Shown piece after piece: positions 37,514 to 46,351 of a stretch of 46,351 nucleotides of DNA (positions are counted from its first letter, which is position 1; every line of letters begins with the position of its first letter). The stretch lies in the NCBI RefSeq assembly GCF_001194135.2, contig NC_068998.1, positions 44,522,902 to 44,569,252 of the forward strand. The letters are read 5' to 3'. The stretch is from Octopus bimaculoides (lineage: Eukaryota). The notes beneath the pieces were generated by a model. It was not told the origin of the DNA. It did no database searches and saw nothing but the letters and a program-made list of their open reading frames with translations. The position numbers were made by a program, and so were the translations under genes.

Positions 37514-38519
37514 CATCTTTTTGTGTGTATGTGGAACGCTGGGTGGTGCTAGGAAGGAGTTTACCAATCTGCAAATGCTTATTGAACTGCATTGCATTCA
37601 TGGAGACATGGATGTGTGTGTGTATGTCGGTGTGTGTACGTGAGTGTGTGATTTCTGATGGAAAAGGTTTATTAATCTGTAAATATTTGTTCATGTGCGC
37701 TTCCTTTACATAAGCACTTGTGAGCTTATCTATGTATGCATGTGTATATATATATGGGTATAAACATATATGCATGTTTGTGTGTGTTGTCTAAATTACA
37801 TATACGTAATGTATAGTGTGTATGTGTGTATATCTACTTATGCATGTATATATATTTATGTATATATATATATATATANNNNNNNNNNNNNNNNNNNNNN
37901 NNNNNNNNNNNNNNNNNNNNNNNNNNNNNNNNNNNNNNNNNNNNNNNNNNNNNNNNNNNNNNNNNNNNNNNNNNNNNNNNNNNNNNNNNNNNNNNNNNNN
38001 NNNNNNNNNNNNNNNNNNNNNNNNNNNNNNNNNNNNNNNNNNNNNNNNNNNNNNNNNNNNNNNNNNNNNNNNNNNNNNNNNNNNNNNNNNNNNNNNNNNN
38101 NNNNNNNNNNNNNNNNNNNNNNNNNNNNNNNNNNNNNNNNNNNNNNNNNNNNNNNNNNNNNNNNNNNNNNNNNNNNNNNNNNNNNNNNNNNNNNNNNNNN
38201 NNNNNNNNNNNNNNNNNNNNNNNNNNNNNNNNNNNNNNNNNNNNNNNNNNNNNNNNNNNNNNNNNNNNNNNNNNNNNNNNNNNNNNNNNNNNNNNNNNNN
38301 NNNNNNNNNNNNNNNNNNNNNNNNNNNNNNNNNNNNNNNNNNNNNNNNNNNNNNNNNNNNNNNNNNNNNNNNNNNNNNNNNNNNNNNNNNNNNNNNNNNN
38401 NNNNNNNNNNNNNNNNNNNNNNNNNNNNNNNNNNNNNNNNNNNNNNNNNNNNNNNNNNNNNNNNNNNNNNNNNNNNNNNNNNNNNNNNNNNNNNNNNNNN
38501 NNNNNNNNNNNNNNNNNNN

Positions 38520-38553
<34 letters not shown>

Positions 38554-39059
38554 TGTATATATAAACACAAACACATTCATACATGCATGTTTGCACTTGT
38601 AAGTATAAATGTATCTATGTATGTATCTATGTGGATATTTCTACATGTGACATACATAAAACTGAAATAATCTTCTGGCAAATATGTAGATGTGCATGTT
38701 ACTGAAATCATTCGCATGTTTTACATACTCGCATATACAGTGACACACACACACACACGCTTGACTTTTGATCACATTTGTGGAACATCCACAAGTCTTG
38801 GTTGGCATATTTCAGAGGTGATTTGCCAATGCCTTTTCTCAATCTAAACAGCAGGATTAATTGAACCTGATCATTTCAATAGACTTGCCCCAAAATTTCC
38901 TTTTTACTGAATCTCACTCACATTGCATTAATCAACCAAATATTATGGAAAGAGACACTTACCTTTGGTGCTATGCACCAAACTTAGAGCCATAATGTTC
39001 CAAACCTAAATTATTGGCTACATGGTCATGCCTGCACCTAATGTGTATGTGTATTTTAC

Positions 39060-39195
39060 CTTTTATATGTTTCGTTCATTTGACTGTGGCCATGCTGGGG
39101 TACCACCTTCAAGGGTTTTAGTCGAATCAGTTGATCACTGGACTTATTTTTAAAGCCTAATACTCATGTTCTCAGTCTCTTTTACTGAACCATAA
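39060..39195 (-). mobile_element. SINE A 3' part, decayed
   Basis: catttgactgtggccatgctggggtaccacc...tagtcgaa...ggacttatt matches 45225-45300. Confidence 0.7.
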
Positions 39196-39497
39196 AATCC
39201 AAAATTCCATTTTGGAATTTTTGGGAGCAACTGTCTTTGAAGACATATTGTTGTTGAATGCTCGAAATGAGGAGTAGATTGACAACCGACAACTGATGAA
39301 GGGTTATTTTTTGTATAACTTGCCCTGTTTTCAATTTTTTTTTTCTCTCATTGTTTGCATATTTAACTCATTTGTTTTCCTACTTTATGTTGTTTACAGC
39401 TGGTGACGTCCTGTACCCATATATATATACATATATACATTTACATATATTATTTATATCATTTTTTAAATAAACGCCAAGCATCCATTTCCAAGTA

Positions 39498-39547
<50 letters not shown>

Positions 39548-39658
39548 TGCATATATATGTATATACACACACACACACACACACANNNNNNNNNNNNNNN
39601 NNNNNNNNNNNNNNNNNNNNNNNNNNNNNNNNNNNNNNNNNNNNNNNNNNNNNNNNNN

Positions 39659-39693
<35 letters not shown>

Positions 39694-40309
39694 CATATGT
39701 ACATGCATGTATAAGCACATACACAAATAGAAAGAAAAAAAGTGAGATTGATTGAAACAGATTATCTGTCTGTGACCAACATATCATAATCCACTGCTAT
39801 AAATTCTTTAAAGTGTTTTATCCATTAATCAATTGCCATCATCCTTTTTTTATAGCTGTTTTATCTCCAAAGGCAAATGAAATAAAAAAACAATTAAGAT
39901 TTGCCTAATCTTTAAATTCTTAACATTTGATCAACACAATTTTTATCATTTCTATTGTTTTCAACTGGGACAAGACTTATTTATTTTATTATTTTAATTC
40001 AAAGTAAAAGCATAAGATAACTAAAGTCCGAGTGATTCAATTTTTTTCTGATAGTATATGTGAAAATATTTTGATAAAAACGGTTTGGATTTGAGTAAGA
40101 AAGTGAAATAAATAAATTTATATTGGAATAGTAGTTTTTGTTTTTTTCACAAGTGAGCTACCAGCCATCCTCCACCAGCACATTGCCATCCCCGGTCAAT
40201 ACGCTGGTTACCAGATCCAGCACAAGTGTGTGTGTCCATGTGTTATGCATTTCTCAGTGGGTGCCTTGCTCGTGGCCATGCTTGTGAACAAGCAAACATC
40301 ATTCAATAC

Positions 40310-40555
40310 TGAGGTTAGAGTGTTGCATTTGCAATTTTGTGGACAAGGTTTCAATTCCTGGACTAGTTGCATGTTGTGTTCTTGAACAAAATACTTCATT
40401 TCACACCGCTCCAGTTCACTCAGCTGCGAATGAGTAATTCTTTGATAGACCAGTATTCCTTTCTAGGAGTACACTGCTCTGCCCACCTAGACAACAGGGT
40501 GGCATCATTCAAAAGCTGAAACAATGCAAAGCACACTAAGACCAATAGTTTATAA
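40310..40555 (+). mobile_element. C-core SINE with another tail
   Basis: tRNA-like head gaggttagagtg...ggtttcaattcc, then tcttgaacaaaatactt and the core at 40408-40426. Confidence 0.65.
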
Positions 40556-40590
40556 CTACATCCATTAGTCTAGCCAATATCATGATACTG

Positions 40591-40628
<38 letters not shown>

Positions 40629-41319
40629 TGTCTCATGACTTTCATCTCTTATGTTCATCTCCTATGTTCCTGCCTCAAGGCTTTCATTCTACACATGCCA
40701 GCTCAACTTTATTTGTCCTTATTAGTCGAAAGACACCTGCTGTTATTTTCTTTTTTATTTGTAATTGTGTAGTATTTTTTCCCATTTTTTTTTTTTTTGG
40801 TCTTTGCTGTTGTACACATTCGCTTGCTTTCTCCCCCAAAATTTAATGAACTTAGCTTAGATTTTTGGGACTAGCCAGAGTTGAACAGTCTCAAGTGTAA
40901 CTGGCTGAAACTGTGAGAATGATCTAGAAACTTGACTGATGAGAGAGAGCTGTGAATGACCCGTCCTTGTTTTTTCCTATTCGTTTTTTTGTTGTTGTTT
41001 TTTCTGTCCATCTTTGTATTGTCTGTCTGGATGCTTTATTGTCATCTGTTGTGTTCTTGTTCCACTTTTTGGATATATATATTGTTGTATTTTAGGATGG
41101 TCTTTTTTTTTCTTTCCAAATAAACACACGCACAATATATTCATTCTTCACTCGTTTATTACTATTCTTATTCTAACTCATGTCCATTGTCTGGAAGTCT
41201 TTCATCACACATCTGTGACCTCTTCAGTGATACTTTCCACCTTTGTGTGTGCTCTTGTTCCGCTTATTCCATTCTGCTCTTCTATGATGTGTATCCTTAT
41301 ATGCACATGCACTTGCGTT

Positions 41320-41365
<46 letters not shown>

Positions 41366-42189
41366 CGTGGGTGTCATTGATCTCAGTAGCACTATGACCC
41401 CCCCCNNNNNNNNNNNNNNNNNNNNNNNNNNNNNNNNNNNNNNNNNNNNNNNNNNNNNNNNNNNNNNNNNNNNNNNNNNNNNNNNNNNNNNNNNNNNNNN
41501 NNNNNNNNNNNNNNNNNNNNNNNNNNNNNNNNNNNNNNNNNNNNNNNNNNNNNNNNNNNNNNNNNNNNNNNNNNNNNNNNNNNNNNNNNNNNNNNNNNNN
41601 NNNNNNNNNNNNNNNNNNNNNNNNNNNNNNNNNNNNNNNNNNNNNNNNNNNNNNNNNNNNNNNNNNNNNNNNNNNNNNNNNNNNNNNNNNNNNNNNNNNN
41701 NNNNNNNNNNNNNNNNNNNNNNNNNNNNNNNNNNNNNNNTTTGTTTATTATTTAACTGTGACTCTTACAGAGCTAAATATGTTGTATTCTTGTGCCATCT
41801 ATTAAAAAGATGAATATGCCCACTATCTGATGCAATGAATATCTTTCTTGAATTCTGTTTTCTTTCATTCCTAGCAGAATCACCAACTGCAACATATAAG
41901 GGAAGGAAGAAATATTAAATGATGCAGCTTTAGATAACCCTAATCCCACAGCCACCACCACCATTATCACTATCAGTGGAATGGTCACTTTTGATCTTAG
42001 ATTTGCTCAATAAGAATTGATCTGATCATAAACAACTACGACAAGGTAGTAATAGGTGGTGATAAAAATGTAATATAATTTAACCCTTGAATTAATCTGA
42101 ACACACCTGCTGGAATATAGTTAAAGTATACCAAATGGATAAAGTATACAACTGCCTGCAAGTAGGATGTGAGTTCAAATCCTCTTCAA

Positions 42190-42375
42190 ACATTTTGTTG
42201 TTGCTGTTTAATTTTAAGTCAGACTTGATCAAGAAGCCCTATTATCAAAAAGCATCCTAATAATGACAAACAAATTTCTTTTGTACCTCAGACAGCATTG
42301 TCTAATGTTTCTTATTTTTATGGTGGCAGTGTGGAATTTGAGAATGATTTAGTTGCTATTTCTAGCAGATCATGT
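42190..42375 (-). mobile_element. Family E copy, convergent with an E tail at 41985-42045
   Basis: Reverse complement gctagaaatagcaactaaatc...cattagacaatg...ttaaacagcaacaacaa. Confidence 0.55.
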
Positions 42376-42597
42376 AGCTTACTTCTCTTGGCCAGTTACT
42401 CACATTTACAGGAGAAAGTGAGAAAGAATTAGTCGTAGCTGCAAAGAGATAAATAGTATTGATGAGGTGTCCAGGTAGTATTTCAACATATAAGGTAAAC
42501 AGAAGTGAAAGGGGGTGGAAAAACCAGGAGAGCTGGTGGCTGAAAATTAATTTACACTAAATTACTTAATTCTTTACTGAATAAAAGAAGTATAGTT

Positions 42598-42940
42598 TTC
42601 TATGAGAAATATAAGATTGTTGTTTTCTACATTTGGACATATTCCAGGCAAACATACCTTCATTTTTCCTCTTCAAATCATGATGTCGTGTAAATGGCAC
42701 CCAATCCAAAAGGTATCAATATTTAACTCTGGATGCTTGATTTTGAGTCTGTATATGCTTCATATAGAATCAAATTCTTCTTCTTCAGAGAGCTTCAAAT
42801 CAACATCAGATGGCATGTTTAGAAATGGGTTTCAAACCCAATCGAAGGCCTCAGTGTTTCATGAGAGAAAAATAAAGTTTTTTTCTCCCAGAGTTGTCAA
42901 ATGTTCAACCATTTGAATGTTCCATCCTCTCTTTCTTTTA
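42598..42940 (-). mobile_element. Fossil hAT transposase C-terminus (Charlie/Buster; ZBED5/ZBED8/FAM200-like)
   Basis: Colinear blocks EDGTF / VEHLTTLGEKKLYFS / NTEAFDWV*NPF / DLKLSEEEEFDSI*S / LKIKHPELNIDTFWI / MKVCLPGICPNVE / ISH match my recollection of the family pattern HL..L.E...YF..DW(V/I)RNPF..EEEL..FW..MRVCL..I.PN.E..(V/I)SH*. Stops, frameshifts and deletions are present. Confidence 0.75.
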
Positions 42941-43365
42941 AACTACCGCTTTTACTTACTTACTTCTCTTTCTTTTGAAAGACAATCAGTTTATCTGTTG
43001 AAGTGAGAATATTTTCACAGCATACCAAATTACATCTCATGAGGCACTAACGAGCTACTGTGTACCATTATGGAGTCATTAATCCACAGTATCTAAGATG
43101 ACTTGGGGGTGGGGTTAGGGCTATATTACACCCTTGGAGAGCTGTAATAATACAGCTGGCCTTAGAACAATTTGAACTCAGAACATTGTGTGTGTGTGTT
43201 AATTATTCTAATCAAGTTGATTTGTTACTATAAAATTACAATCAATTCACCATTCTTTTCATAGCTAATATGATTAAATTTTCACAAAATATTGATGTGT
43301 TATTAATAGTTAATATTATGGCGTTAATGTTACTATGTAAAATTGTTATTTATTAGATCTAAATA

Positions 43366-43467
43366 TTATTAGATTTACGTGTCGCACTAATACAATAACT
43401 GGTTAATGCTATTAAGATGTTTGTATTTAGAAAACAGTTCAATGATTAAACTATTATTATCATTACT

Positions 43468-43501
<34 letters not shown>

Positions 43502-43615
43502 NNNNNNNNNNTTATTAGATTTACGTGTCGCACTAATACAATAACTGGTTAATGCTATTAAGATGTTTGTATTTAGAAAACAGTTCAATGATTAAACTAT
43601 TATTATCATTACTGG
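43366..43615. other. 104-nt exact direct duplication around a 10-N gap, probably an unmerged contig overlap
   Basis: 43366-43469 equals 43512-43615. Each copy is followed by a T run of different length. Confidence 0.85.
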
Positions 43616-44282
43616 TTTTTTTTTTTTTTTTATTTTTGTTTGCTTGTGTTTTTTTTATTTTTTTCTTCTCTCTTGTAGTCATAAATGAGTTTGTCTCTTA
43701 TTTTGCCACCAGCAACATATAAAGTTATATATGATGCATAATGAGTTGTCAAGATTAGCTATATCGTTATCATTATTGTCGTCATCATTATCATCATCAT
43801 CATCATCACCATAACCACCATCAACTTCTTTGTTATTATAGCAATCGTCTCTACTATTTCCGTCATTGTCACATGTTTATATGTGTGAGAATGCAATTGT
43901 ATCTGTTAGTGTATGTTAAATGTGTATGTGTATGTTAATATGTGCGAGTACGTATTGGGGTTTTTTTTTTCTCAAGTGTTTCTATATATATATATTTAAT
44001 TTGTCAAATGTCTTTGTGTGGATTCTGTGCATTTCTGTAGGTGTGTATGGTTGTACTTCTATGTGTGCAGCTATAGAAGTATATTTAACACATAATATTA
44101 ACATATGTACATATGTTATGTGTATATGCAAGTGTGTGTGTCTATGCATATATGTGTATATATGTGAATATATTTGTGTATGTATACATATGTGTTTATA
44201 TTCACATATATATATATATATATATACATATGTATGTATATATGTGTATATATGCATATATATATATATGTATATGTATATG

Positions 44283-44336
<54 letters not shown>

Positions 44337-44954
44337 GCATGTATGTATTCCCAAGTACCCAGTTAAAGATTGTTAAAGTGGAGAATGTTATATTCTTAGA
44401 TGAAAGTTCTCAATAGGAATTTCTCAGATTACTAAGATAGCCATGATTTTTAATCTGTGTCTTCCTCTCTATATCACGATGTGTTACATCAGAGTTGTCA
44501 CAAGAGCACTCTGTCATTTTTGTCTTATTCATGTCTTATTCATTCTCTTTTCTCACTCTTTCTTCATGTTTTACTGGAGTTTTGCTCTTGTTGTTGTTTT
44601 TTGCTTGTTGCTTTGATTTTTGGTTCTTTAGAGTTGTGTATGGTTTAGTGATGGGTTTTTTTTTTCTCTTCTTTTTTGTATTGGAATTTTATTGTGCTTA
44701 TGAAAATTCCCAGTATGATTTGTAACATCTGAAGAAAAACTTTTTTTTTTCAAAGTCTATCAAACAGAAATTTGTGAAAATTGTCTCCCACCACCAAAAA
44801 AAGAAAAAAACAAAAACAACAACAATATAAAAAGAAGTCCACAAATAAATTCCTCTTTGAGTTAATAATAGTAGCTTCTCTGAAACTGTACGTGCCATCA
44901 TTAATGACTTATTCTGAAATGATAAATTGATTAAAAACATGCTGCTGCTGTTGT

Positions 44955-45155
44955 TGCTGCAAGCGTTAGAGCATTGGGAAAATTACTTTGTGATATTTTA
45001 CATTCTATGTTCAATTCCTGCTGAGATCAAGACAGTGTATTTCATGCCTCTCAGGTCGATAAAATAAAGTACTGGTTAAGTTCCTAAGATCAGTGTAATT
45101 GACAAACCTATTCTCCTCAAAAGTGCTGGTCTGGTACCTTAATTTGAAACCGCAA
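44955..45155 (+). mobile_element. Decayed SINE B
   Basis: tttcatgcctctcaggtcgataaaataaagtact...gtgctggtctggtaccttaatttgaaacc. Confidence 0.65.
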
Positions 45156-45198
45156 TTATCATCTTGTCAGTTAAGCTAAAGAATGAATTTTAAAAAGA

Positions 45199-45410
45199 TA
45201 CTCTTTTACTCTTTTACTTGTTTCAGTCATTTGACTGCAGCCATGCTGGAGCACCACTTTCAGTCGAGCAAATCGACCCCAGGACTTATTCTTTGGAAGC
45301 CTAGTACTTATTCTATCGGTCTCTTTTTGCCGAACCGCTAAGTTATGGGGGCATAAACACACCAGCATCGGTTGTCAAGCGATGGTGGGGGGACAAACAC
45401 AGGAACGCAA

Positions 45411-45469
<59 letters not shown>

Positions 45470-45559
45470 CGACGGGCTTCTTTCAGTTTCCGTCTACCAA
45501 ATCCACTCACAAGGCTTTGGTCGGCCCAAAGCTATAGTAGAAGACACTTGCCCAAGGTG
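45199..45559 (-). mobile_element. Young SINE A lacking the tRNA-like head, with internal (TA)n
   Basis: Near-identical to 14536-14992 in reverse, with CpGs retained. It stops at ttgcccaaggtg. Confidence 0.92.
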
Positions 45560-46081
45560 ACACTTTCCCGCACCACTGTTATTTTCCGTCACCTCTTTGC
45601 CCAAATGCTTTTATCACTGATACAGGTAAATGGGACAGTTGCAAAGTGAATAAATATTTTAGGAAATCAACCCAATATTTTGTAGATAGCCTGGAATAAG
45701 TCATCTGAAATACATTACAAATAGATATAATATTTGATAGCATATCGTATAACAGTGCATTAAAATATTTACTATATTTATTCTACATTATATTGGTACA
45801 GCTTGGTGCAACCCCAAAAACTGTTCCACCAGTCAGCATCATTAGATTGTGGAATAACTGTTTTATTTGCATATTCAAAATGTTTTGTATAAACAAATGT
45901 AAAAGATATATATATNNNNNNNNNNATATATAGTTAGTAGTTAATTAAGCATATGGTATACACTGGTAGTTTGCCTGTAATTCACGTTCACTGCCTATGG
46001 CTATCTGAAGACATCCATGGCATTATTATCATAAATGTCGCTGGATCTATTTCAGGAATTCCTCTGTGTTCATCAGATATG

Positions 46082-46286
46082 TAATTAATGAGAGGGACAG
46101 AAGAGGGAATATATGAGAATCTTTATTGATCACTATAATCATTTCGACCCATCTGCACTGAGCGATGCACCTCAACCAGTTGTACAGCATTCTAACCATG
46201 AAGTATAGATGCTAGATGGGTCGAAACAATTGTAGTGATCAATAAACATCCTTGTATATTCCATCTTCCATCTCTCTCATTAATTA
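46082..46286. repeat. 205-bp palindromic element: 73-nt arms, 59-nt spacer
   Basis: 46082-46154 versus the reverse complement of 46214-46286 gives 62/73 ungapped identity, and 9 of the 11 differences are transitions. Confidence 0.92.

Positions 46287-46351
<65 letters not shown>

Noticed and set aside
39293-40942. CTGATGA at 39293 and 40936 as possible hammerhead cores
   Set aside because: No GAAA follows the adjacent stem. Both lie in probable old retroelement 3' remnants that I could not classify.
42602-42916. 104-aa plus-strand ORF as a gene
   Set aside because: It is the antisense shadow of the hAT transposase fossil.
43366-43615. Exact 104-nt tandem duplication as a biological event
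   Set aside because: It straddles a 10-N placeholder gap and differs only in poly-T length, which is typical of an unmerged overlap.

Overview
AT-rich eukaryotic draft-assembly DNA, not prokaryotic. It has 14 N-gaps (about 4.8 kb, about 10%), mostly bordered by (TA)n/(CA)n. The interspersed repeats match tRNA-derived SINE and RTE families I recall from Octopus genomes, so a coleoid cephalopod is inferred; this is from memory, not a database search. No gene can be named. Most ORF-track entries are microsatellite (YI/CV/TH) or N-gap artefacts. What the sequence supports: (1) about 25 SINE-type insertions built from a few interchangeable heads, cores and tails, two with clear target-site duplications; (2) RTE LINE 3' remnants; (3) a fossil hAT (Charlie/Buster-type) transposase C-terminus on the minus strand; (4) a Tigger-like and a piggyBac-like MITE; (5) two long inverted-repeat structures, at 7658-8485 and 46082-46286, the second with degenerate hammerhead-like motifs; (6) several unverified exon candidates, best at 19073-19190 on the minus strand. 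The window most likely lies in long introns or intergenic DNA. Family labels A-F are my own working names. Repeat boundaries are approximate unless a TIR or TSD fixes them.
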